Source of the DNA: Tubiluchus corallicola
Taxonomy: Eukaryota > Animalia > Priapulida
Assembly (NCBI GenBank): GCA_030141605.1
Contig: JAQGDQ010000070.1
Span: forward strand, 558,001 to 622,000
Reading direction: 5' to 3'
Length of the DNA: 64,000 bases
Below the pieces are notes generated by a model that saw nothing but the letters and a program-made list of their open reading frames with translations, was not told the DNA's origin and searched no databases. A program made the translations under genes and the position numbers. Positions 1 through 34,577 of the stretch are shown here, one piece after another. Numbering within the stretch: the stretch's first letter is position 1; each line of letters begins with the position of its first letter.

Positions 1-415
1 GTTTGATAAATACTTTAATTGTTTGTGAGTAATTTGGCTAAATTATTCCCTATTGGACAATTTAATTTCTGATTAAGTACTGAAGTGAGTGTATTTAGCT
101 TGTAAGATAAGTTGATTTCCTGGTATTGAAAATGATAGATCTGCTAATCATTTTTATGCATCATCATAAAATGATGGTTAATAAATCTGAGGTGATCACA
201 TATCTTGAGTGATCATATAAAAATGTGAAAAAAGAGAATTTGTGATTACATATAAGATTTCCTAATTATGCCAGAAATCTTATTTCTTTAGCTGCATCTA
301 GACTTTGTGCCCACTTTAAAATGTGAATCAGATTGACAGTGTATACTGTAGTCAGTCATTAGGTCTGTTGAAACACTTTATGTCATTATATTTTCATTAT
401 GCCATTTTTAATTAG

Positions 416-16363
<15,948 letters not shown>

Positions 16364-16726
16364 CAACTCCTTCAAATGTCTTCCCTTCTGCACAATTTCT
16401 GTTGGATGTTATAAATGGCATTCAAACTAATTTTGAATAGTCAAACCAGAACTTAAAAAACCCATAGTGTGTTTTGCACACAGCACAGATACAACAGCTT
16501 CAGATTCAAGTATGCTGCACTGTGACTGTGGAGAAGAACATCTGAAGTCGTCGATGAAGCATGTGACTGCACTAACTACTGTGCATTAAATAACATAATA
16601 CATTATGGAGTGAGCAAGCCTTAACAATATATTTGATAATGTATTTTTATGTAGTTGTTCCTTTTTGTAGTTTGCTCATGTTGTTTACCGTCTACTTGTG
16701 TCTATCTTTCTGTCACAATGTTTCTG

Positions 16727-16732
16727 AATAAA
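16727..16732 (+). terminator. Candidate poly(A) signal of SLC4A11
   Basis: First AATAAA, ~365 nt after the stop codon. Confidence 0.5.
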
Positions 16733-19496
16733 ATATAAACTAAATTTATCTAAGTAACAATGTGACTTTTAAATGGCTAACCAGAAGTAACTGATCTGAA
16801 CTGCTACATGGTGCGATACGGCCGAGTGCTAAATGCATAACTACATCCTAAAATTACTACAACCAACATTGAAACTAATTAACACAATTATCAAGTCTCA
16901 ATAATATATTTCATTGTTCACTGACAACGTTAACTTCATCCTTAAGTTGTTATGACTCTGCAGACAGCCTAAAAATATTATTTTAAAGAAGGAACAAGTG
17001 TTCAGTGTAACATCAAACGAGATTTATTCTATCATTTGTAGTTGCTGCACAGGATTATAGAGCAGACAACTTGCTGTGCTCAAAAATCACAAAATTTGAC
17101 TTAAACTCGTACAAGTCTCAGACCTGCAGTGGCACTGAAATGATGCAGTCCATGCAAAATTAAGTTTTCCGTACAAAAACCATGCCGTGAGTAAACTATA
17201 TTATTGGCTTAGTGAATCTAATTAAATTGCTTAAGAATAGTGTTTCCATCACGTCAAGCTTCAAAGTTCAAAACTGCAAGGGAGAAGACATGAAACATTC
17301 TGTTTTACTAGTAATAATGCAAGAAAACACAGCATCGTTAACAAACAAATAGAGTTACAAACACTTATTCCATAACATAACAAGATAACTTTCAAAATAT
17401 TCATGTACCCAAACTCGAGTAAATCTAATTTCACTACAAATGACAATCCACTGTCAATAATTTCATACTGAGGGCACCATTAATTGACAAGTGGCATAAA
17501 AAAAGTAGCTGCAGAATTACTTTTCAGCTTTTTTGTAGCCCCTTCAAGAATGTCGCCTTCAGTAATTATAAAATAATTGAAAATAAGTTGGTAAGTTCTG
17601 ACCACAGAAGACTTTATCATTACATAAATCATCTACAGTTGTACTGGTACATTTGTATGCACTGCCATGGAAACACAAGAACATAGCACATGCACATAAC
17701 ACACAGTGTTGTTGAGGCTTTTTGTTAATAATTATCATTCTAATATTCAACCTATGTAACACTCATAATGTCATAGTGTGTCAAAACAAAAGCATGAAAA
17801 CTGCTACTTTGATATTCATGCTAGTTTACTGCCATATCACAAGTATGGAATAACATTAAATATGCAAAAATAAAACAAATGAACATATATCAAAACTTGC
17901 ACAACTTAGTGAACTAGAAAATTATATGTGTCACATTGTCTACTCACTAAATGGCTGATTTAAACTAGGTAACATATTGAATGCACAGATAAAATTGTTG
18001 ATCATGGAGCAAATTCAACAACATCACATCTTTATCTTCAGTGCTAGTAAAAAAACAACATGCTCCCCGGTCTTACAAGCAACAACAGAGAATCTGACTA
18101 AAATCTGTGGCAGCTGATGATGGTGTACACACTAGCAAATAAACCTAACAATCAAAATTAACTAGATTCTGAAACCGGTACTTTTCGCGCGAAAAAAGCA
18201 GCTTCCAGCTCAACATGTTAACTATAAAACTCAGCTCATTGTTAACTTAAATAATGTTCTCCAACTTACAGAATCTCAGATTATCCATGGAACTAAGAGT
18301 GTACACATTCAAGTGGTTTTTGCACACACACACACAAGAAAGAAACATTTCATCCACTTTACACATTCTATTTTGAGCTGTTTAATATTTATTCCACTTA
18401 CCACCAAGCATAATACTAGCATGTCCAAACCTAGCACATGGTTTGTACAAACCACATGAATACATCAGAGTAACTTTATGCTATTCTACAAACAGTACAT
18501 AACTAATAGATAAATTAAATGTTAACTGCGAAACAGGGTTCAGGTCCAACCAGCAGCAACAAACAGACATTAAGCATACCTGATATTACAGAAATGGTAG
18601 GCAGTTAGCAAAAGGAGATAACTTAAGCATCAGCTCACTTTTTACAGCAGTGTCTGTAGTAACAACTAATGCAAATTAAATATTTGTTGTAACAGATGAC
18701 ACAAACAAAACCACAACATTTCAGACCTTTTAGTCATATCTCTGTATTAAAACTCAGCAGAATTAAAATAGGTAAAAAAAAGAAAAGTATTTCAATGAAA
18801 CGCAAGAACACTTCTCTATATACTGCAGTGTCATTTCAAAAAGCTTTACAAGACAAGATTTCGGACAATTTCGAGCACATACCGCAATGGGTGCCGTTAT
18901 GCTTAAAAGGCATATTTCACATTATTGTCTTTATAACAACTAGTAACTAAATAAAACATATAATTATAGAGGTTTCGTTTCTACAATCTGGTAGCACTTC
19001 ACACCTAAGCAAGCAGTATAAGACTAAATAGTGTAAATCCAACAGCTAATTTGAAATTTTCGTTACTGACCAAGAAGTCTGCAATATCTGGACTTAAAAA
19101 ATGCAGTAAATGTGTCAACTGTCATCTCTTAAATTAGCTGATGTTTTCTCCACGGAATGCTAGAAATTCACGAGTTACAATATTTAAGCTACTGTATATG
19201 TGGAAGCGTCGTGAAATCATAACTAAACGGAGCATGTTAATATTCATTACTTACAGTAAAACTCATAATTTTCAAGGTCTGCCGTCGTTTCGGCAGCGAA
19301 AAACTGCATGCAATGTTACCAGTTATTATAGCAATAACAACAACAAGAACCTTATCATGATTACAATGCAATTTTGAGGACTATTATAAACAAAAACGTT
19401 TAATATAATACAGAAAAGTGAGAATGTCTCACACATTGTGACAGTCTCTTACAGCGCTAACTCTGCTGATATTGCGTGCAACTCCATCTTGGTAGC

Positions 19497-22400
19497 CTAC
19501 TTACCCAAGGTAGGGAAATCATTTTCATCGTCAACCTTGTACACTGGTCTATTATCGTGCTGCCGTCCGCGACCGCCACGAGGTCCACCACGTCCACGGG
19601 GGAATCCGCCACGTCCACCACGTGGACCCCCACGTGCTCCTCTGCCTCCGCGACGTACGGGATCATTAAATTGGATATCAATGTCTATGGTCTGTTTCTG
19701 TCTTCCATGGCGATACTCATCTTCATCGGACTAAAAGAAAAAGGGTTTGATATATTAAATCAAAGAATTCTCAAATGAACAGCATCATAAATATGTATCA
19801 GGTGCTGCAAAAATGTGGAAGTTTTGATCACGACATTATAAGAAAATAATGGAATCACTTGAAAATTACCACACTGATGTTACAAACGTTTATGTATAAA
19901 CACCAAAATTCTAGAAGATACAGAAGTCGTAAAACAATAAGTCAAAAAATAAATGCCGGAATAAATTTTGTCATTATTAAAATTTATTACAAGTGCTCTA
20001 TGTGTCCACCATTTTCACTGCAAACTAAGCTGACACAGTTCAATCTTTCTTTAAGATGCATTTGGTCCCAATGCTGCCACTAAATCAAATGCCTCTGCCC
20101 GGTGGCCATTCTACACTTCTCTGGAAATTCTACATACTGTAGTCATAGGAGAAAGTTCCATTTTTCTTGGAATATTTTTATCAGTACTTTATTTTTTGTG
20201 GTGAAGACCATGTATTGAAAATGCATTAAATACCAAAACTTAGCCATTTTTCAATTGATGATTAGCTGGCATTGTTCCGATATTTAAGTTTTTAACAGAA
20301 CAGAAGTTTTTCAACCATAACTTAAAAATTACTAAAGGTGTAAACTTATAACTTTTATAGCGAAAAGCTAATATATTATGGTATCATGATGTGAAATTTT
20401 AACTTTGTGCAGAGCACTTGCTTTAATGTTATTGCATTTTAAACTTTAGCATACTTTTTCTGTGCCACCAGGTATAAAAGCAGTCTATTTTTGAGATAAC
20501 ATTACTGACTCTTTGTAACTTGTCCTGTACAAGCAGATAACTGCCGACCAGGTACAAGTGACGGTAACATTTTACCCACCTCTTCCTCACTGTGTTCTCC
20601 GTTATGAAGGTCCTCTTTTGGCTTTTTCAACACGTACGTTTCTTTCCATTGCTGTCCGTCGACTCCTTCTCCCGGTTTGCGGATGTTGAATGCTGCCCGA
20701 AATCTCTGCTGCTTCTGCATTTCCTTCCATTCATCTAGTGACATTTCCCTGACATCTGGTTCGGCTGGTTCCTCAACCGTTTCCTCGGCTGCTTCAGCGC
20801 TGTCCCTGCCGCAAACAAGACATATTTTATATAATCTTAGCTGTCAACTCACAGGTTCTGAATAATTATTAACATTCAGCTTAGTCTTATGCAAATTAGT
20901 GAAACAAAGACGTTTTTACCCGCTGTACATAAAGTTTTCCTATGTATCATCTTAGATTGTATCTAGCAACAAACTGCAACAAAAAGACTAACTTTGAGGT
21001 GTCAATATCCGGATGGGGAGGCTCGGAGGTAGGCGACGCCCACATATCTTCCGCGTCTGCCTCCACCGCATTAATCTGGTCCTCAATCTCGTCCTTATTG
21101 CTCCCCCAGTTATGTGATCCGGAGCCGTCACGCTTATCTATGCTCTTTACGCCGCTGCTGGAATAAGGAAAATGTGTTTCTTCAAATCACAACATGCATT
21201 TAGGGTTAGTAGAAAACCACACAACACACTTGTAAGTATCAGTGAACAATTTTCTCATTAGTTTGAAAATACCATATACACATTATGGATGCATCTAATC
21301 CAGTTTTGCTGGTTCAGGATCGGACTGGATGTAAGTGCAGGATCCAGATCCTGTACCGGATCTACAATTTAATATAACTGATAATTCAATTATTTAGCCT
21401 TTGTTCACGTGGTAGCATCGCCTGCTCGTTTTCACGGTCACTGAGTAATTTTAAGTAGGAACACTGCAAACGTTTCTTTAAGTTGATGTACTGTAACTTT
21501 GAACACTTAGTCTGCGCTTCAGTTCTTTATTAACATACATGCATACAGAAAGTAGGTGGCTGTAAATTTTGACATTTTTGTGGCAACAGCACAGCAATCT
21601 TTGCGCGCTATTAGCTGCGCACTAGGAACCACAGTGTGAAGATTGCTGGTATTGCACACACTACAAGCATGTCGATATGAAAACTAAGCTACATTTTCAT
21701 AAACTTCCACAAGATTTTAATAGATTCTTTAAAATTCTTTAAAAAATTAAGACTATTCAAGTAATTAAGCTGCCATTGATATACTTTTCCTGTCCACACT
21801 AATTTTTTTCACAATTGGTGTGCAATTGATACTTTTACACATAGAAAAATACAAATACAAACAATGCAACGAACATTTCTGCTGGACACGGAGCCATTAA
21901 ATTACTGGATCTCGAGATCCAGAACTGGATCGGATACATCCCTAATACACAGTCTATATACATTTAAGAATGAAGAAAAGTAATGCATGATTATTGACTC
22001 TTCAATAAAGCTTTGGATATACAGTAGTGAACCAGCATAAGGACAGTTCTGAAACATTTTTAGTCTACAAGTAAAACTCAACTTTTTACGTAAATCAACT
22101 TGTACTGAATTGCATAAGAAATGTGCAGCTTTTCTGGGTGTTTTTGAACAATACTTTGTCTTTCATTGCTCAAGACAATGCTCATCCATTTCTCCTAAAT
22201 TGGCATCTGAAGTTACGCTCCATTTCTAGTAATCAAATCTCTGAATGTTCAAATATTGAAAAATTCAAGTAAGTGAGGTTACACGATAAGAATAAATCCA
22301 AGAAAAAGCAAAACCACGATTCAATTATTTACACATTTCGATGTGGTGCAAAAAAAATAACCACCAAATGTTTCTAAACAAACACCTAAGCAAGCAAAAT

Positions 22401-25400
22401 TTTGCACTATCAGCAAAATTAAAAATTGCAAAAACTGCAACTGTGCATAAAATGTTGCCCACCACACCAAAGATACACAAGCACTGACAAAAGTATCAGA
22501 GAGTTTCCGCTACAATCACAGAAACGCTTTTTCACGATTGTGAGAGCAGAAGTGACATCACATGCTGACAGTACATTTTTTTATATTCTGCCTTGATACT
22601 TTTTGCATACTTTTGAGTTATATGTACCTTAGTTTGTGTGTGTTTTGTCTCGTCTTATATCTAAAGAATTTAAATCATCAAAATTCTTCAAAAATTCGTC
22701 CGTAGAATCAGACACTGTAGCGAAATGCGCTGCGCACAATTCTGACTGTGACTGTAATGATGTCATTTCAGATTTCACACTGTAGCGACAACTCTCTATT
22801 ATTACTCAGTTATTAACAATATGTCAGGAGGAACAACTCTCCTCAAGAGCTAATCAAATTTTCATAGCTAATGCATAAAAACTGGCTAGTCAATCATGCT
22901 GTTAGCTCTACATTTTATGATTCAAGAAATGCAAAACAAAATGTATAGCAACAACCATTTCAAACATATTACCCATATAGTGTACGGATATGTTATAGTG
23001 CATAATCATAACCAAAACACATTTGTGCACTAAATAAATAATTATCAAAGAATGGATATTTTGTAGACTTCATCAACTTACGTTTTGTCACTACCACTTT
23101 GCCGTTCGAATTCTCTTTTTCCTCGTCCGTCGTAAGATCCTCGGCCACGACCACGACCACCGCGGCCTCGTCCTCGTCCCCTGAATGGTCTAGATGTTTC
23201 GTCATTTCGTTCCGTACCTGGTACACTGCAAAGAAAGACTAGGATAAATGTTGGGTCGTAATTTTCAGTGAAAACTGGAAAAACGGCGTCCGAGAATTGC
23301 AGTTTACCCAATCAGTATAATTTTTTTTTCATTGTCAATGTCTGACTCCATAGTCTAACATGTACAATAAAACATCATCTTGGGAAATCATTAACGATCA
23401 TTTACAAGCAAAATGTGCCTTGCAGTTTACACATTAAACTGAGGTCATTTACCTGTTTGAACCTCTGGTTTTTACTGTGTTTACTGATTGTATCATGTAT
23501 TAAAATGTGTTTTTATATGTACTTATTTTAGTACAAATAAACATTTATTATTTGATTACAGGTATATAAACTCAGCATAGCACATTCAACTACTGAGACT
23601 ATCACATATAACTTCCAAACTATATGCAATAATTTCCGGCAGGGTTTATTCCTAGCAGACAAGAATTGAAAAGAAAAGCCTAGCTAAAGTACCACACAGT
23701 GGTGTGATACCGGTTTCATTTTCAAATTTGTTAATCGGATAAGAAATTGATTCGATAATCTATCATAATCTTTCTTCAGGCGTAAAAAAATTGGTAAATT
23801 CCAAACGTCTAACAAAAAACCTAATCCTTTAAGTGCAACAGGTTTGTTATCTTAACCATTGTTGTTTTAATAACAATACTGGTAGAAAAAGTAAAAAGTA
23901 AAGAAGAAGTTTATAATGAATTTATTTTATTACTTAGGAGTTTACAAAACAACCCAACAAAACAGTCGTTGGTGATTGCATGCTTATACAAACTTATTAT
24001 TATTTACAAAAAACATGTCCTTGTGCTTATGAGAAATTTGTCTCTAAGCAGAGCTGCCAAGGTGATAAGTTAAGCAAAAGTAATGAGCTATTCCTCGTTT
24101 CACTGCAATGATAGCTATGTTTATTGTATTTTTGAGTTTTTTTCCGAAAAATAAGTACTGGTAATACAATGGATTTGCATCAAGAGCTGAAAAAATAATC
24201 GATGATCAGAAATAATGTCTAAATCGATTGTAATCGATTAAATCCATTAATCGGTCCCATTACTAAGCAAATGAAAAAAAACTCACCAGATTTGACTATT
24301 GCTCGATATCAATACAATATTGACATTTTACCTGAATTCTCCAGTGGGTGGAAAGGGTCGTTCCTTGTCGATATCCCGGCTAGTTTTATCATCTTCTCGG
24401 TTCCGTCGATTCCGCCTCTCCTCTGGCGCCAAGTTGTCTATCTGGCTTCCTCCGAATTTCACGTTCCGATCCTGTTTTTGACTCCGGTTCGGCTTCTGGC
24501 TTTCTTTTGGACTTTCTGAATAAAAAACGTTGATTATCATCTAACTGCTGGAAGTGCTTCTAAGCTCACTTTTGTGTCCCTATTCACATAAATTACTGAT
24601 TTTTTTTAAACGGATTTCACTAATAAAACATGTGTAATGGTGATACACGGGATGCCCTTTATACACACTTACATACGCCCTTTAACTTTAATTTTTAAGT
24701 AGTATGTGTAATTTTACATTTTAGTTTGCGTTTTCTATTATATCTCTTTTAAACTAAGTAGCTTCAGTAAATTTGTTCACATTTTTTCTCATTATGTCAT
24801 AACGACGGTTGAATAACAGAGCTAAGGTATCAACATACAAAACTTAAAGGAAAACCAGACGATTGTGTGAACTTTAGTTCAGAATAAAGAATGCTCTAAA
24901 ATATTGAGAACTACAATAACGTTTTTTAAATCAAAGCTTAGATTAAATAATAATTACCTCGGATACTCAAATTTTGTTAAACTTTCAAAGCTACACGCGG
25001 CTCAGTGAATCTACTATCAGTGAATCTACTAATTGATTGGCAAAAGCGCCTTTTTGTCACATGCGCGTGGCCGACAAATAGAAGGCGGTACCGTGATAAC
25101 CTTGATCATAAACTGCACTGTTAGTTTCCATCGTCATATGATGTAGTCCCCATTTTGGTGACAACACCCGTTTAAGCAGTAACACTTACGCAAACGTGCT
25201 TGCCGCACAGAGAAGGTGCCTACTATTGCACAAACTGTGGTTAGTTTCTGACATAAGCAATAGCTGCGTTCGGTTGCCATTAAATTAAGTTTCTAAGCTA
25301 ATTATTGAAATATAAGAAACAATTGCTAATTTTTATAGGCAAGAAAATGTAGATTTTGGACAGTAAATCAAAATAAGACTGAATCTAAACAATCGCATGG

Positions 25401-27737
25401 TTTTCCTTTAAAACACCAACATCCTTGTTGCTGCTCTGTTCACCATAAATGTACTTTTCCCATGGTTTTGTCATTTACAAACATTAAATTCTGCCATTTT
25501 AATAGGCACTACTGTACAAGCTTCAATTGCTGAAGAAACATTTTAACTCCATCCTGTACATAAACTAGGTGGCTTACATATCACGCACTGCACCTCAACA
25601 TGTGGCTTAAAGTTTACGGCTAATTATAGATTTATTGAGATGGTTGGCAGAACTGTTACACTCAGTGCTGAACTAAGCTAGAGAACACATTGATCAGGTC
25701 AAAAACCTCAGCAGCAGCAAGCAGGACGCTGTGGCTTCAACGCTTGTTTTCATTGTAAAAATCTGTGCTAGAACACACTTTACAACCCATGGACCTCACA
25801 ATACTCTAAGCAGTGATTTGTAAAATAAGACTGTTCAAAAGCTATTATCACTGCAACCAATTAAAAAAATGATAACCCCAACTTAAACAACAAAATGAAG
25901 CAATAAAGTGAAAAAAGGAATATGCCTGCATGATGTAGTTCCAAAACTGTATATGTTGTGATAATTAATGTATTCTGAGCACGACGTTTGAATTGGTCAG
26001 TCTCTAATACTCTCTATCCATACATATGCATGTGGCTTGTTCAAGGAAAATATGTGTACAACAACCACCCGAATTTGAACTGATGCCTCTAATAATAATA
26101 AAAACAGTCGCCACAGTCAAAGTAAACAACCCTAACTTTATGAAATGCTTTGCCAAAAAGTAATTTAGTGAAATTATTATAATCATTAGGGTCTATGTAA
26201 TATCCAGGTCCTTAAGAGCAGGATTAGATCCTGTGTGTGTCACAGAGCAAAACTACAGCTACATTACCACCGCATTACTACCAAAGATGGTAATTTAAAA
26301 CTTTCTACAAGTTATCAGGAAATATTTGTGCCCCAGGTATATGCAAAAAGATGATGGTACAGATCATTTGTTGAACTACAATAAGAACGGGAACGTGATA
26401 GAGGTGAATCCAGTGATAAAAAAATTAACGAGTGTAAGGAAACGACGAAAGCCAGAAACAATGAGTGAATGTATAATTCTGATGGTCTGTTCTGCTGCCT
26501 TGTAATCTTGTCCCGGAAGTTTGGCCAATTGAAAATTTGATAGAACCTTGGATTTGGCCATTAATCACAAAGTTTTACAATGTACAGACATTCACCTTTT
26601 AAATAATCAGCTACGACCCACTAATTGTTAAGAAATCAAAATGTGAGTATTTGCGTGTCTCAGGAAAAAAGTAGGACTTTAAATAGGAACAATACCATAA
26701 AAAACAGACATTAGGCAATAAAAATCCAATTTATCATAGGCCTACTCAATGAAAAACTGATATCTAATTATGTGTATCCAGTGCCACTAAGACTCTTTAC
26801 ACCTTGTATACAAATCAAAATCTATGTATGCAGCATTTACGAAAACATATAAAAGGGAATTTATAAATGTGTTTGGTCCTCCATCTGGAGTTGCAGTGCG
26901 GGCAACAGAGTCCTATAATTAGACTTCCCAAAACAGTTGTAAACTTTTTTTAAACAATGTCAGTATGTAACATTTAGGGCTGTTTTCCTATAAACTTGGA
27001 TGAGTGCTTCAAAAACTTTTTACAAATCACCATAATTCGAGGATACACTATTGTATCTCTATCGTGGCATAATAACTGCTGTTTTATAAAACGTTCAAGG
27101 GAAAAATCCACTGCATGAGTCTAAATACTAATTTCCGTAGGTTATATCTATGTACATTTACTGGCACATGAAAACCCAGTTGCCCTACACAATCTCTAAC
27201 TCCCGATATCAAGCGAATTATAGTAAATCTAAATGCATTATATGAAAACCATGTGTCGTTCTGTTGTGAAACAATGCCCAGAATTTTTACTAATTGCTTA
27301 TTTGGTACACTCTGGCATTAATTCATCTTCGTACAGTGATACATTTAGAGGCAGCACTGAGCAACGTCGAACACTTAATACTGCTGTGACAAAGCAAATA
27401 ATCACGTGTACAGCATGGAGCTTCACAAATCAAACGAACGAATCTACGGTGCACTACCTCCAGCTTTATTCGACGGTGCTTCTATAAGTTTCGCCTGTGA
27501 CGGTTTATTTTCAGTGGCATTGTCCAATATCGTATTTTTCGTCGGTTTTCCTTTGGCAAGTTTTCCTGATTTATCAGCCTCACGTGCTGCACTTTTATTG
27601 TGTTTTTGTCCTTTCTTTTCTTCAGCTTTTTTCTTAGCTAGTTCTTCTTGTGCACGCAATATATCGATCGGATCAGCGTCCTCGTCTAAAAACAAATCAT
27701 ATCGATTGTTGGTTTTTATCCCGTACACATTCTCCAT
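19497..27737 (-). CDS. SERBP1: SERBP1/HABP4 (PAI-1 mRNA-binding protein, vig-like), ~409 aa, 6 exons
   Basis: Exons 27737-27458, 24515-24332, 23225-23082, 21154(or 21157)-20993, 20805-20580, 19730-19497 join in frame. Motifs: MENVYGIKTNNRYDLFLDEDADP, GKREFERQSGSDKTGVK..DKRDGSGSHNWG, EMSLDEWK, FNIRKPGEG, RGG boxes, DFPTLG. Confidence 0.93.
21284..21944. mobile_element. Non-autonomous hAT transposon
   Basis: TIR TATGGATGCATCTAATCCAG / CTGGATCGGATACATCCCTA; subterminal GGATC repeats; 8-bp TSD ATACACAT / ATACACAG. Confidence 0.75.
22497..22798. mobile_element. MITE-like inverted-repeat element
   Basis: AGAGAGTTTCCGCTACA..GAAGTGACATCA on the left mirrors TGATGTCATTTC..TGTAGCGACAACTCTCT on the right. 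Confidence 0.55.
23697..24265. mobile_element. Possible degenerate hAT-like element
   Basis: Both ends are rich in AATCG/CGATT motifs; weak termini CAGTGGTG and CCCATTACTA. Confidence 0.35.
24848..25407. mobile_element. Non-autonomous Kolobok-type DNA transposon
   Basis: TTAA|AGGAAAACCAGACGATT ... AATCGCATGGTTTTCCT|TTAA: TTAA target duplication with purine (AGG) termini. Confidence 0.75.
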
Positions 27738-28189
27738 TGCACTGGATTCCTCTTCACGAGGATGGCAACGGATTTCTAGTACGAACCACACCACTACACA
27801 CTACAAAGCTCTAAAATGGCGTGTTTCTTCTCTGCTCAACATGCTCTGCATGCTGGGATATCAATGTGATATTTTCTGACGTCATATTGCCTTTTAGGGC
27901 ACATCCCTTTCTTATTATCTCCAAAAATCACTGCGTCGTTTTCTACGTTTTTGGACAACAAGCGAAGAATAATTTTTTACGCTAAATTTTTCTTAAAGTT
28001 CATTGCTGCATTGATTTCGTTATAAATATGGTATAGATTTAAAGGGCTTTTAAATCAAGTTGCTATCCCATGCCGCTTTGCAAAAGTCGCGACTGTTGCG
28101 CGCGAAAATTTTGCCTTTGCAAATATCTGTGCATGTGAAGTGGTGAGCGTTTGATCTCAGTTGTTTCTCAATTTATTACTTTAAAATTT
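27738..28189. promoter_or_regulatory. Bidirectional promoter region SERBP1/ZNF367
   Basis: Divergent ATGs 452 bp apart; YY1-like AAAATGGCG 27813-27821; CRE TGACGTCA 27877-27884; E2F-like GCGCGCGAAAA 28098-28108. Confidence 0.7.
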
Positions 28190-33023
<4,834 letters not shown>

Positions 33024-34199
33024 ATGTTAACATTGAGTGTTCTACTAATTTCTGTTGTGTTTCTCTATAATCCATAATTGTAATATAATTTTATATCTAT
33101 AATTAGATATAATCATCTGTAAACCATCTTATGAACTATAGGCAATTGTGGTTTAGTTTAAAATGCTTGTATCACTTTGTTTTTTTTTCTTTATACATTA
33201 CTGTGATCAGTTTACATTTTCTGTTTTTATATCATTATTCGGCCTATAAGCTATTTTATATCTTTATAGCTGCAGTGTTAGCTATTTTAGTTCATATTTC
33301 CTAATGTGTAATTTTATGGTTAAATATAACTTTTTAGCACCACTAGCTGCATTCATGTGCACTTGCACTGCAAGTGATTTTTATTGTTATTTTAGGTATA
33401 TATTAGGTATAATCATAATAAATGATGACTATTTTAATGTATTGATTTTCCACTTTGGTTATGTAAATATATTTTATCATATTCCTGTAGCAGATATTGC
33501 ATTTTGTTATTTCACTCTTTGTGCGTGCCCGAACGCGTATTGATAATTACAAATATAAGTGTTTCCCGTGTTACAAAACTGGTTTTATGAGTGTTGTAGT
33601 CGTTGAACATCATTATGTTGAAGCTTTGAAGGCATCAGTGGCTGTGTTGTTTCAAATTTCACCTGTTATGATGCACCTTCTTGAACAAGAGAGGTAACCA
33701 AATGACTCACTTTTGTCAATGCATCGATGACCATATTCTTTTGAGAAAAACTGTGATAACACAGGTTTAACGAGTTTAACTGTATATCATTACTAGGCTT
33801 TTTCACTCAGAACTAGTGCATCTACATATATGAATGAGCAGAGAAACAAGTATAGTTCTTAGTCTCTTTCAAATAATTGTTGCTTGGTAAAAGTATTTTT
33901 CCAGTGGTTGTAAACACTCTCCTTGCTTTCCCCATCTCTCTCAGTCTCTCTTCTTTTTTGTAATAATGCTTAATTAGTAACTACTACAGTCAAAGAAAAA
34001 CAGTGAATAATGTTTATGAAAATTATATTTCCTAGTTACTGTGTTTTTCTTATCATCCACTGAGTTTTGTGTTTGCCTTAAAAATTAAAATACATTACAT
34101 GTTGCCTTTTTTATAGTTCGACGTACTTCGGTCGTTGAGGTTGCAATGCTGTTATAATTACTAATTTGGCCTATAAATTTCTCTAATCGAGGACTGAAT

Positions 34200-34230
34200 T
34201 TACATGACGTCATGACGGTCACGTGGTACA
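34200..34230 (+). promoter_or_regulatory. Putative YTHDC1 promoter (CRE plus E-box)
   Basis: TGACGTCA at 34205-34212 and GTCACGTGG at ~34218; a probable non-coding first exon ends at GAG|GTAAAT (34387). Confidence 0.5.
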
Positions 34231-34577
34231 AGTTAGCTGCCAACCTGCCAAATTGTCTTTTGTTGTGTTTGGGCAGAATTTGGCAAAAATTGTTTTAACG
34301 TCTTTAGTGTATAATAATTTATTTAAGTAACTACCTTTCCTGAGTTATTTGCCGTTTTTACCCAATCTGCTATGTAGTTCTAGTGAGGTAAATAATAATC
34401 ATTTTGTCAAGTATCTTACAAAGTTCATATTACAATTTGCATGTCGTACTTCTGGTGTTCGTAATTTTTAGTGCCGCGAATGATAATTGGTCGGGTTTTG
34501 ACGGTCTATTTGGTTGCAGTTAATGAACTGTTTTTAGAAACACTTGATGTTGATGTGCTAGAATAATGTGATCCACG

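Noticed and set aside
19438-19778. Plus-strand Pro/Arg-rich ORFs
   Set aside because: Antisense shadow of the SERBP1 RGG exon.
27406-27879. 157-aa plus-strand ORF
   Set aside because: Antisense to SERBP1 exon 1; no recognisable motif.
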